Assembly: GCA_051362555.1 (NCBI GenBank)
Contig: CM120641.1
Span: forward strand, 48,986,401-49,050,400
Length of the DNA: 64,000 nt
Reading direction: 5' to 3'
DNA from: Lingula anatina
Lineage: Eukaryota; Animalia; Brachiopoda
Position 1 is the stretch's first letter; every line of letters starts with the position of its first letter. Under the pieces are notes generated by a model. That model was not told where the DNA came from and ran no database searches. It saw nothing but the letters and a program-made list of their open reading frames with translations. Position numbers and translations under genes: made by a program. Positions 1 through 9,408 of this stretch are shown here, piece after piece.

Positions 1-2
1 AC

Positions 3-611
3 ATTCACAATGAAATAGACTGGTGGCTTGCGTGGTTACGAATGGGAAACAATACGCGTCTGATATGGGACATGCGCGAGCAAGTACATGTTTACACAGA
101 CTCTAGTAGCACCGCAGGGGGAGCTTTCCACTACGGGGATTGGTTCTATACCAACTGGCTTTCAGACAGCCCAGTTCTGAGCGTTCAGCATATTAACGTC
201 CAGGAACTCGCAGCTGTAGTCCTGACAGCGCATAGATGGGGAGTGACATGGAAGAACAAGCGTGTTGTTATTCATACAGATAGCAAAGTGGCAATGGACA
301 TAATAAACAAAGGGGCCTCACCCAACGTCATGTGTAATAATCTTTTAAAAGAGCTATCGAGCCTGGCTCTGCATTGTAACTTTGCGTTGGAAGCATCTCA
401 CATAACGGGGACGGACAATGTCCTTGCTGATTCAATCTCGCGTTTACATGAGCCAGGAAAAGCCTTCCAATTAACTGACCTGATAAATCTGTGGTACTCA
501 TGCCTAAATATATTACCACCCGCATACTACCTTAATAACCACATGACTGCTCATTCACTTATGTTTCTGTATTCACAGGGAATACTGCCACGAAGCTATG
601 TAGAGAACTAG
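3..611 (+). CDS. C-terminal RT/RNase H (DIRS-type RNase HI) of the Ngaro-like element, partial
   Basis: Motifs DWWL, YTDSS, HINVQELAAV, IHTDS and HITGTDNVLADSISR. The frame is open to the window edge. Confidence 0.88.
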   Translation: MHNEIDWWLAWLRMGNNTRLIWDMREQVHVYTDSSSTAGGAFHYGDWFYTNWLSDSPVLSVQHINVQELAAVVLTAHRWGVTWKNKRVVIHTDSKVAMDIINKGASPNVMCNNLLKELSSLALHCNFALEASHITGTDNVLADSISRLHEPGKAFQLTDLINLWYSCLNILPPAYYLNNHMTAHSLMFLYSQGILPRSYVEN

Positions 612-1552
612 ACCAAGAAGTTGCCTTTTGGAAGTCTCAGCTATTCGCTACATCCACAAAAGTGACTTACAGAACACACCTTAATTCATACATTAACTTC
701 TGCAATGCCATTAACTGTGCACCACTCCCGGTGTCAAGTAAGAACGTGTGCCGCTATGCTGCCTTTCTGGCACGCTCTTGTGCTGTCTCGACAGTCCGTC
801 AATACCTAAACATCATCAGGATACTGCACATGGAGTTTGGCCTAGGCAATCCTCTTACATCATGGGAACTTAAGACCATCCTAGGGAGAATAAGACGACA
901 CAAGGGAGATCAAGGGAACCAAAAACTGCCGCTACTTCCAGAGCACCTTTATAAACTCCATGGCACATTCAACCTCAGCAACTTGCAGGACCTACAACAA
1001 TGGGCCGCTTGTCTTTGTGCTTTCTTTGGACTTCTTCGAGTAAGCAATGTGACAGTGAAATCCCAGTCTGAACCAGGACATTCTTTGTGTCGGAAAGATT
1101 TTTCTGTGATGGGGAAAGGGGGCATACTTAGGATAGCCAAGTCAAAGACAAATCAGTATGGACACCCGCCACATACAGTTGTGCTGCCTTACATAGCAGG
1201 TTCTGCCCTCTGTCCCATCACAACATTGTTAAAATTCCTGGGTGCCCAGCTTGCAGCTCCTGACACACCCCTCTTCTCCTACACAGATGAGAAAGGAAAT
1301 TTATCTGTGCTTACGCAATCTCTGTTTCGTCGTCGCCTCATCCAGGCTTTGAAAGATATTGGACTCTCCTCAGCCACCTACAACACCCACAGCCTTCGCA
1401 GAGGGGGAGCAACTTGACTGATGTCCGTAGGTACACCCCTTGCCATGGTCAAAGCCATGGGGGATTGGAAGAGCGACGCCGTCTACGAATATATCAAACC
1501 GTCTACAGCTATGAAGCTAGATGTCGTTACATCAGCAGTGCAGAAACTATAA
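579..1552 (+). pseudogene. Tyrosine recombinase with one in-frame nonsense codon (TGA 1415-1417)
   Basis: FFGLLRVSN, KSKTNQ and HSLRRGGAT, then TGA where W is usual. The same frame continues LMSVG...GDWKSDAVYEY to TAA 1550-1552, so the catalytic Tyr lies after the stop. No ATG; preceded by the acceptor-like TTTCTGTATTCACAG (to 578). Confidence 0.88.
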
Positions 1553-1632
1553 GCTTTTGTGAGTCCACACACAACTTTTATGTCGCCAGATGCATGCTCA
1601 AGTGTGGACATGAACTGTGTCATGTGCAATTT

Positions 1633-1735
1633 AATTTAAAGATTAAACGAGACTTACCTGTAAGTTGAAGTTTGATTGGAATTTAACTCTCATCTGGATC
1701 ATTTGAGGGATTATACGAGATATGCGTGCGCCTGC
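1633..1735 (-). repeat. DIRS1 3' (right) ITR plus terminal extension
   Basis: 1680-1735 is an imperfect inverted copy of 6477-6529. 1633-1717 is a perfect inverted copy of 1783-1867. Confidence 0.92.
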
Positions 1736-1782
1736 CCCCAACAAAGGAAGAAGGGTGGGTGTTAACTGAAAATAAGGGTGGG

Positions 1783-1902
1783 CGTATAATCCCTCAAATG
1801 ATCCAGATGAGAGTTAAATTCCAATCAAACTTCAACTTACAGGTAAGTCTCGTTTAATCTTTAAATTTAACTCTCATCTGATCATTCGGGATTCTACGAG
1901 AT
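1783..1902 (-). repeat. DIRS1 internal complementary region (ICR)
   Basis: 1783-1867 is complementary to 1633-1717 and 1864-1902 is complementary to 6491-6529. The two halves overlap at AATT 1864-1867. Confidence 0.93.
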
Positions 1903-1998
1903 TTCAAAGCTGTCGTGAACACGAACAAAGAACTGTTGAAACAAGTTTTTTTTTTTTTTTTTTTAATGCAACTCAAACAATATTCTCATGAATCATAA

Positions 1999-3228
1999 TC
2001 ACAGTTTTTCAAGCACTGAAAAAGCAAAACTAGTATTCTGTGATACTGTTGGTTTGTTATAAAACCTAGAAAAGGTATTGTTGTTACTCCAACCAGCTGT
2101 ACGTAAAATGGTACTGAGTGGAATATTGGCAGCAAAAGCTTTACTAGTAGAAGCTGCACGTGTGCTATGTGCTTTAAACACACTTGTATCCACTCCAGCC
2201 TTTAACATGACTGTCTTTATCCATCTAGCAATCGTATCCTTTTTTACAGGATTAAAAGGTCTGTTGTAACTAAGAAAAAGTTGTGAAACACCACTACTTC
2301 TATATTTGCTAGTTCTAATTAAATATTCATGTAACACATTCAACACACAGAGTCTGCTGTTCTCTGGGAAACCAGGTAAGTTTATGATTGGCTGATCTTT
2401 TGTTGGCCTAGACTGTTTAACTAATGCATCAATTAAAAAAGCCACTCCTGTGTCAGTTTTTAACACTGTTTTAAGGTTCATGAGATGAATTGATTGACAT
2501 CTTTGTCCTGATATCAGTGCCACCAACATAACTAGTTTGAGTGTTAGATCTTTGTCTGAAAGTTCTGAAACTGGTGATAATTTCTCTAGGTATGCTAATA
2601 CAATATTTGTATCCCATGTGGTTTGGTATCTGGGAAAAGAAGGTCTGCTGTGAAATACACCTTTGATGAAACGCTTGATGAGCTGGTTAGATCCAAGTGT
2701 TGAGGAATCTTTCAGTTGCACAAAAGCTGATAAAGCAGATCTTGCAGTGCAAATGGCACTGTAATTAAGACCAGCTTCAAACAGTTCAGTGAGAAATCCT
2801 AATATTTGTGGCACACTTGGCTGAAAGGGATCATAATTGAGTTTAGTGCAGTAATTAATCCATTTTTTGATGTAGGTGTTGTACTGTTTTCGTGTGCCAG
2901 TCCGCCAAGATTGCATAATAATGTCTTGAGTTTTGCCTGAAATACCCTTTTCTTGTAAGCTTTTCCCGATAACAAACATGCCATCAGCCTCATCTTGTCT
3001 GACAGTGGGTGCACCTCCCCTTTTTTGTGCGGAAGGCTCAGGATTTTGTGTGTTGGCGGCAACAGCACTGGTTCTCTGTAGAGCATCTGAAGGAGGACTG
3101 GGAACCATGGCTGTGTGGCCCACAGTGGAGCTATCAGCAAGATGTCGGCCTGGTCTGTCTGCAGCTTCTGAAGGACCTGATTCAGCATACTGAAAGGAGG
3201 AAATGCATAGTTTAAGTTTACAGACCAA
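1999..3228 (-). CDS. DIRS1 tyrosine recombinase
   Basis: SWRTGTRKQY N-domain; catalytic-type motifs GQRCQ, KQSR, HSTR, AGWS and FSRFY. Overlaps the pol 3' end by 430 nt and has no ATG at the ORF start. Confidence 0.93.
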   Translation of the reverse strand: MVCKLKLCISSFQYAESGPSEAADRPGRHLADSSTVGHTAMVPSPPSDALQRTSAVAANTQNPEPSAQKRGGAPTVRQDEADGMFVIGKSLQEKGISGKTQDIIMQSWRTGTRKQYNTYIKKWINYCTKLNYDPFQPSVPQILGFLTELFEAGLNYSAICTARSALSAFVQLKDSSTLGSNQLIKRFIKGVFHSRPSFPRYQTTWDTNIVLAYLEKLSPVSELSDKDLTLKLVMLVALISGQRCQSIHLMNLKTVLKTDTGVAFLIDALVKQSRPTKDQPIINLPGFPENSRLCVLNVLHEYLIRTSKYRSSGVSQLFLSYNRPFNPVKKDTIARWIKTVMLKAGVDTSVFKAHSTRAASTSKAFAANIPLSTILRTAGWSNNNTFSRFYNKPTVSQNTSFAFSVLEKL

Positions 3229-4895
3229 GACTGCTGAAAAGCATCTATTGCAAGTGCATGGGGGTCTGGTTTCCAGGCATAATAAAGTTCTGTCTTATGA
3301 TTCAACCTGGAGGCAAACATGTCAACAGAAGGTCTCCCAAGGAATGCAGCTAAATGCTCAAAAATAGAGGGGGATAAAGACCATTCTGTCCTATCATTAA
3401 AATATCTGCTATGTTTGTCTGCCACAACATTAAGGACACCTGGGATGTGAGTTGCTGAGAGCCAAATGGCTTGTTTAATTGCCCACTTCCAGATAGAAAG
3501 GGTGATCTCATTACATTCACTAGAATGGGTGCCTCCCATATTTCTTATGTATGCAACAGCAGTAGTATTATCCATCTGTAACTGTACATGTTTTCCACAA
3601 ATGTCCTTTAAAAAATTGATATGTTTAGTCATTTCACATTTCTGCCATCTACCCCCTGTTGTGGACTCTTGTAACACTGCACCCCATCCCATTTTTGATG
3701 CATCTGTCTGAATAATACAGTCAGGATTGGGGCGTCTTAGATTTTTTGCCAAGTTGATGTTATCTATCCACCATACTATGTCTGTGATTGCCTTGTTACT
3801 AAAAATCATATGTGCATCAAAATTACCCCTGTTTTTCTTAAGGGCTACAATTTTATCCATTTCCAGGGACCTGTAGTGTAGTTCCCCATATTGTACCCCA
3901 GGTAAAGCTGAAACTAGGGAACCTATCAACTGTGCACCTTGCCTAATTGTGCATTTATGCTTTTTCATTCTGTCCATTAATTTTGAAACAATGTTAGCCC
4001 TTCTCTCTGAAGTGAGCATAACTGTCATTGACCTAGAGTTCAAGGTAAAGCCCAAGTGGTCCATAATTTGAACAGGAACTAGTGTGGACTTTTGTTCATG
4101 AATAACAAAACCCAATTTCGATAGTAATTGCACAGTTTCTCTAACATTCTCCTCACAAGCTTCCTTAGTTTCACCTTGTAAATATAGGTCATCCAAGTAA
4201 ATGCTGGAAATGTATGCTTTTGACCTTAATTGTGCCAAAACTGGTTTAAGAAGCTTAGTCCAGATTCTGGGTGCAGAGGCTAGTCCATTTGGAAGTGCAA
4301 CATATGAAAAAAGACTGCCTTTCCATCTAACTTTAAGGTATTTCTGAAATTCTGGAGCTACAGGGACAGAGTAGTAAGCATGCTTCAGATCCAGTGAAGC
4401 TAAATAACAATTTGGAGTCATAAGATTTAGACAAGTTTGCACCGTGTCCATTTTAAAATGATGGTATTTTATACAAGAGTTCAATTTTCTCAAGTTAAGA
4501 ATCATCCTATGGGTGCCATCCTTTTTTGGCCTGAGAAAAATGGGAGAAACAAACTGTCCTGGTTCCTCATTAGAGGATATGATGACACCTTTGTCAAGCA
4601 ATTTTTTAATTTCTGAATCCACAATAAGCTGTTCTGCTGAACTAAAGTTTAAGCTGTTAGGCTCAAAATCTTGTACAGGTTGTTCTGTAAAGTCTAACTT
4701 GACCCCTACAACATAAGAGAGTATCACTGGATCTGAAGTCAACTTCTGCCATTCAAGAAGAGACTGTTTTATATTACCAGCAACAAAAGGTTGACTTACA
4801 TGAGTATTTCCTAATACTCTTTCTTCTGGAACTTTTTCTCTGTCCAGTTTTTCCTGTTGTTCTGTTGACTTCTCTGGTTCTTCCCTCCTAAAAAA
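2799..4895 (-). CDS. DIRS1 pol: reverse transcriptase, RNase H (in-frame deletion) and Dam-like methyltransferase domain
   Basis: LDLKHAY, LPNGLASAP, YLDD, TDAS, DNTTAV, HIPG..N..AD, then DMFASRLN and YAFPPF. The frame is open without ATG from just above the slippery site at 4889-4895 and is -1 relative to gag. Confidence 0.93.
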   Translation of the reverse strand, partial: FFRREEPEKSTEQQEKLDREKVPEERVLGNTHVSQPFVAGNIKQSLLEWQKLTSDPVILSYVVGVKLDFTEQPVQDFEPNSLNFSSAEQLIVDSEIKKLLDKGVIISSNEEPGQFVSPIFLRPKKDGTHRMILNLRKLNSCIKYHHFKMDTVQTCLNLMTPNCYLASLDLKHAYYSVPVAPEFQKYLKVRWKGSLFSYVALPNGLASAPRIWTKLLKPVLAQLRSKAYISSIYLDDLYLQGETKEACEENVRETVQLLSKLGFVIHEQKSTLVPVQIMDHLGFTLNSRSMTVMLTSERRANIVSKLMDRMKKHKCTIRQGAQLIGSLVSALPGVQYGELHYRSLEMDKIVALKKNRGNFDAHMIFSNKAITDIVWWIDNINLAKNLRRPNPDCIIQTDASKMGWGAVLQESTTGGRWQKCEMTKHINFLKDICGKHVQLQMDNTTAVAYIRNMGGTHSSECNEITLSIWKWAIKQAIWLSATHIPGVLNVVADKHSRYFNDRTEWSLSPSIFEHLAAFLGRPSVDMFASRLNHKTELYYAWKPDPHALAIDAFQQSWSVNLNYAFPPFSMLNQVLQKLQTDQADILLIAPLWATQPWFPVLLQMLYREPVLLPPTHKILSLPHKKGEVHPLSDKMRLMACLLSGKAYKKRVFQAKLKTLLCNLGGLAHENSTTPTSKNGLITALNSIMIPFSQVCHKY

Positions 4896-6313
4896 GAACC
4901 AGCTTTTTTGTTGTCATAGCGAGCTGTTGCCCTTGTAGGAAATACCCTGGGTTTGGAGAAGATATTTGTGGGTCTAGGGCGTGCTATTTTCTTCTGAACC
5001 TTGTTAGAGATTTTTAGGCCTTCTTCAATATCCTTCATATTTGCATCCAAATTGTCACCAAACAGCTCCTTGGTGACAGGATTCTGTGGGGAAGCCAAAG
5101 CTTTGTATTTCTCATTAATGTCTGGTTTGGCGAGTTCTCTGCGAAACATAGAAATGTCATGTACAACTGCAGCAAGGATGCTGAATCCGTCTGTCATCTT
5201 TGCTAGCAATGTTTCAGGAGAAGGCACATCTCCTTCTCCTTCAAGGTGTTTAGAACAAGCATCAGCTATCTCCAGGAAGGGTGTAAGTCCATGGAATATG
5301 TTGGTTTGCCAGTTTTGCATTATCTTGTCATTATATTTGGTTAAAGGTCTCAGTGTTCCCCACAGTCTCTGGTTACATTTGATCTGAGTCATGTAGGTAC
5401 AGTTCTCAGGTGGGTGATAAAGTTTCACCATATCCTCCAGAACTTCCTTAGGCATACCCTTGTACAAAACAGTGTTCATGATTTTAGCAACATCATCATG
5501 AACTTTCGGGCCTCTAACTTCATCATTAGTCACTGCAGCCAAAATGTTTTTCAAACATTGTAAGCCCTGAGGCTGACTGACCTGAGTTTCTGAGGGTTTT
5601 TCCTTAGCAGGACTGTCACTGCTATCACTGTCAGCATTACTATCATCATTGGCAGGAGTAGAACGAAAGTAAGATTCCTCATACAGGGATTCCTCATCAT
5701 CTGACAAAATAAGCCTCTGTCTCTTCTCTGGGGGCTCACCATCCTGGTCGCTATTTATACTAGCATCGTACGCACGTTTAAGTTCCGATACGACAGGAGT
5801 AAGAGACGCTAGCATCTGTTGAATATTACACATTTGCTCCTTCATGTCGTTCATATCTTTTTGTACCTCACGAGAGCTCACTGAATGGTCACTGAATGAC
5901 TTGGAGTAGTTTCCATGCGAGCGTGAGCTCCGGCTACTTCTAGGACCATGGGCGCTGCCATCATGTGTAGCCGACTTGTTAGATTTGTTGTTCGGGTCGT
6001 CACGTGACTCCGAATCTGCCTCGTGTACGGAGGTTTCCGAAGGAATTGCATCCTTGGAATTTAGGTTTTTTCCATGGGAGCCTGCACCGTCCGTGAAGCT
6101 GACGTCCTTTGTCAGCTTTGCTCTTTTGCTATAAGCAGAGCTCGGGGTTCTTAGTCTTTTACCCCTATTACCACTAGATTTGGTTGTGGTAGTCGATTTT
6201 TCTGAGCCAGCATCCTTTGCTGAAGCCCGCTCTGCGCCACTCTGGCTTGCCTCAGCCTGAGCAATAATAGCGCCAACTAAGTCGCTTTGCAGTCCGGTCT
6301 GAGCCGACGACAT
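4811..6313 (-). CDS. DIRS1 gag-like ORF1 (500 aa)
   Basis: First ATG ORF after the left ITR, with a low-complexity N-terminus and PPENC, RRE...P and LFGDNL segments typical of DIRS ORF1. Confidence 0.85.
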   Translation of the reverse strand: MSSAQTGLQSDLVGAIIAQAEASQSGAERASAKDAGSEKSTTTTKSSGNRGKRLRTPSSAYSKRAKLTKDVSFTDGAGSHGKNLNSKDAIPSETSVHEADSESRDDPNNKSNKSATHDGSAHGPRSSRSSRSHGNYSKSFSDHSVSSREVQKDMNDMKEQMCNIQQMLASLTPVVSELKRAYDASINSDQDGEPPEKRQRLILSDDEESLYEESYFRSTPANDDSNADSDSSDSPAKEKPSETQVSQPQGLQCLKNILAAVTNDEVRGPKVHDDVAKIMNTVLYKGMPKEVLEDMVKLYHPPENCTYMTQIKCNQRLWGTLRPLTKYNDKIMQNWQTNIFHGLTPFLEIADACSKHLEGEGDVPSPETLLAKMTDGFSILAAVVHDISMFRRELAKPDINEKYKALASPQNPVTKELFGDNLDANMKDIEEGLKISNKVQKKIARPRPTNIFSKPRVFPTRATARYDNKKAGSFLGGKNQRSQQNNRKNWTEKKFQKKEY

Positions 6314-6476
6314 GCTAAAAAACCAGCGTCAATTAGTACAAAAGATTGTCTGTCAAGCAATCTCTCACAAAAGAGTATGACCAGTCTTTAAAAAACCACG
6401 TAAATTATAAAAAATCGATGAATAATCGAGTGCACGTGTGAGCACGAAGACAAGCGAACGCAGAATTGAGTACCAC

Positions 6477-6529
6477 GCAGGCGCACGCATATCTCGTAGA
6501 ATCCCGAATGATCAGATGAGAGTTAAATT
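6477..6529 (-). repeat. DIRS1 5' (left) ITR
   Basis: Inverted match to 1680-1735 and to the ICR 1864-1902. Confidence 0.92.
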
Positions 6530-6760
6530 AAGTGCAAATGCAGTGATTGTGATTGCTCCACTGTGCAATGAACTGAAATGCTTATTTTAACTAGACTTTC
6601 ATCACAACAATCCCTACTTTGGGTTGGGACTTTTCATGATCTGTTGCAGAAATGGTTTAATTTATTTATGATCCAATCTATTAATATTGAGTTTGTCTGT
6701 TCTACTTATTTATAGTGTTCTAGATTCTGGGAAATAAAGGTCATTTTGCCCGACTCTGTG
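6530..6760 (+). mobile_element. Probable resumed 3' end of the Ngaro-like element
   Basis: Rejoins 1632 across the AATT site and contains AATAAA followed by GGTCATTTTGCCCGACTC. The boundary is uncertain. Confidence 0.4.
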
Positions 6761-6982
6761 TGTGTTTTTAAATAAGTTTGTTGCTCTCTGTGATATTTGA
6801 TATATGCCATGAATTGAAAAACTTGAAAAAAAATTGCATTTACATCACAAAATAAAAATTACTTTTGAACAGCATTATTAAATGCAATTTTTTTTCAAGT
6901 GTAGAAGTGTCATTAAAAGACCAGGCATATTTAAAGGGATTGCATGTAAGAGCTTTAAAGTGCATGTTGTTGACATTTTCAG

Positions 6983-9316
6983 GGTTACATGGAGGAAAAC
7001 CGTCTTCCTAGTCTGAAGAGAGATGCAGATGTGTTTGTGACATTTGAAGGGGATAACATGGTCATGTTACAGGTGAGTCAAAAATAGAAATCTGTTTTAG
7101 TTTGTAAGTTCTATGGGAGTAAGTTGTGTTATAATTGTGTACAAAACAAAACTTTTATAAGATTCTGTGGTGTTAAAGTTTGACATATTTTACTGTTGCA
7201 GCAAGTTGCCAAGGAGCTCCTCACTCAGTATAGTAAACAGTTTGAAAGTAGCCGGGTGGCAGCCATGTTGTCTTCTATGACAGGCAGCTTTGTGTCTTCT
7301 GTGAAAACAAGGTAACATCGTCTCATAGCCATTTAACTTAGACTAAGGAAGGTGGAATCCTAGAATTACAAATGTTACATTCATATGTAAATTTTATGAC
7401 ACAGTTTTATTGTTCTATCTAATCATGCAGTTTATTTTCTTATGGTAAAAGCAATTTTTTACTTGGTCAACCATTTAAACTGTTTGTTTTCAGTAAGTTT
7501 GCAGTAACTCTGGCCCCTGTGAGCAGTATGACATTTATCAGGAAGGCGCTGGCTTTTAAAGAAGACAAGTTGCTGAGAAGTCTGGCAGCCAGACTGTTTG
7601 ATAAGGTAAGCTGTGTCCCCAGACTTTTGGGTAATATGTGCTAGTCCTTATGAGATCAGAGTTTAAATTATTTGTCACGCATTAATGATTTAATGATGAA
7701 ATATTGACACTGTTTTGACTGGTGTAGAATTATTATGATTGCCTCGTTTACAGATTTTCTTTTACGCAATTTTGTGACTGATTGATTATGTCAACTGTAA
7801 ATGTTTTATTTTTGCCAGTTTTCATTTTAATTTGAACAGGTGTCTGCAAGATTAGAACCTCCTTTCACTGCCTGGAATCAGTGTCTCCATCACTCCACTA
7901 CACTGGCCTGGTGTTATATACATAGAGGTAAGAACTTTATAACACTGAACTCTGTCTCCATCACTCCACTACACTGGCCTGGTGCTATATACATAGAGGT
8001 AAGGACTTTATAACACTGAACTCTGTCTCCATCACTCCACTAAACTGGCCTGGTGTTATATACATAGAGGTAAGGACTTTATAACACTGATCTCTGCTAC
8101 ATTTTATTATGTGAAAAAGGATTAATTTTCCTATGGATTTATCAATGGTCTTTACAGCATTGAACGTCAGATATTTTGTTGCAGTCATTAAAGTGTCTTC
8201 TTTGTTAGAGACATCAGCGGCCATGCTCCTCCCATTTCTTATTAATGAACATTTGGCTTTTGTTGTGAACGATGTCGTAGATGTGGTTTGTAGACATGTT
8301 ATTGCCTATTCCAGTTACATTGGAGCAGTACATGGCAGCAGTGGACAGGTGCCCTGAAGAGAGAGATAAAGAGATCATGATGAAGGTAAGCCTAAGGATC
8401 TTTCTTCTCTTTCTATCAGCTTTGAAGGAGAAAATGTTGATACAGATTATTTATCATACAAAATTAGAGTTATATTTAAGAAGTCTGTTGCTACTTATTT
8501 CTGAGATAAACCAGAGCCAGAGTTAATGTAAACAAAGCTGATCTGCTAGAGAGGTACAATTCCAACAGTATCTTTGTGTTTGCCACATAACAGTGTCAGA
8601 GTGTGTACATTACGCATATTGTCAGTTTTGCAAGCTGTATGCCACACAACAGTATCAGGGTATATATTATATTATATTATATTATATTTCCAGTTTTGCA
8701 AGCTGTATGCTGTCCACCTGCTGTATGAAGACAGAGCTTGGTTCTTAGAGAACAACTACATCACAGCAGCCATGGCCAAAGACCTGAGACAAGAGGTGAG
8801 CTACACAAGTCTAGTTTACATGTAATAGTCTGAACTTAGATTCATATTTGCAGCCTACTGCAGTGGAAAAGTTGCTGAAGCCAACATAAGTTTTTTCCTG
8901 CTTTACAAAGTTGAGTTTTACGACCAGCTGTTTTACTTCATGAAGCAGGTCCCCACAGTATTCAGTATTCAAATATTGAGAAGATTTCAAGGAGAAAATT
9001 ACAATGTTTTTAAAGATATGGATTGCAACTATTCAGATATACTTTAGTCAGAAAAAAATTACTGATTCAAATATTTTTTGCAATTTTTGCTTAATATTAG
9101 TAATGTTCATAAGCTAAAAGAAAACTTCTCTTATCTTTTCAGTACATCAAACTGTGTGCTGTAACCAGAGAGCATGCTCTTGAGGTCGTGGAAGCATTCC
9201 GTCATCCCTCCAACTGTGTTCATGCACCCATTGCAGGCATTCCTAGCAGTAGGGCGCCGTGGGCTTATTATCCTGACAGTGACATGGAATTAACGCCACC
9301 CCAGTCTAAACTGTAA
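6983..9316 (+). CDS. ACOXL: Acyl-CoA oxidase-like protein, 3' exons (6983-7072, 7202-7311, 7494-7605, 7840-7927, 8315-8385, 8694-8795, 9143-9316)
   Basis: GT-AG exons join in frame: GYMEENR...[18 protein letters not shown]...AWNQCLHH...HRVTLEQY...[10 protein letters not shown]...HAPIAG...QSKL*. Carries the catalytic EGDN motif and a C-terminal PTS1 (SKL). Confidence 0.88.
7882..8094 (+). repeat. 71-bp x3 tandem duplication spanning an ACOXL donor site
   Basis: Unit is 46 nt of exon end plus GTAAG intron start, with copies at 7882, 7953 and 8024. Confidence 0.92.
8580..8710 (+). repeat. Degenerate duplication spanning an ACOXL acceptor
   Basis: CAGTTTTGCAAGCTGTATGC occurs at 8623 and at the real acceptor 8691; TGCCACA.AACAGT is also repeated. 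Confidence 0.8.
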
Positions 9317-9408
9317 CTAAATAGCATGCATTCCCAGCAATAGAGCGCCGTGGGCTTATTATCCTTATAGTAACATGGTCTTACTGCCACCCCAGTCTAA
9401 ACTGTAAC
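9237..9408 (+). repeat. 91-bp duplication of the ACOXL CDS end and stop codon
   Basis: GCGCCGTGGGCTTATTATCCT...CCCCAGTCTAAACTGTAAC occurs twice. Confidence 0.9.

Larger units (their letters stand above)
1..1632 (+). mobile_element. Ngaro/PAT-like tyrosine-recombinase retrotransposon, 5'-truncated by the window edge and interrupted by a DIRS1 insertion
   Basis: RNase H ORF end followed by an overlapping YR ORF, with no methyltransferase domain after RNase H. Lies upstream of internal ACOXL exons, so probably intronic. Confidence 0.8.
1633..6529 (-). mobile_element. DIRS1-type tyrosine-recombinase retrotransposon, full length
   Basis: gag, RT-RNaseH-MT and YR ORFs, inverted terminal repeats and an internal complementary region matching both ends. 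AATT occurs at both termini and at the ICR junction. Confidence 0.95.

Noticed and set aside
1415-1417. TGA in the recombinase as selenocysteine or programmed read-through
   Set aside because: The position normally holds Trp (TGG>TGA is one transition), no SECIS is evident, and the element is also disrupted by an insertion.
2799-3300. Methyltransferase-like domain as a novelty
   Set aside because: A Dam-like MT domain after RNase H is a known feature of DIRS1-group elements.
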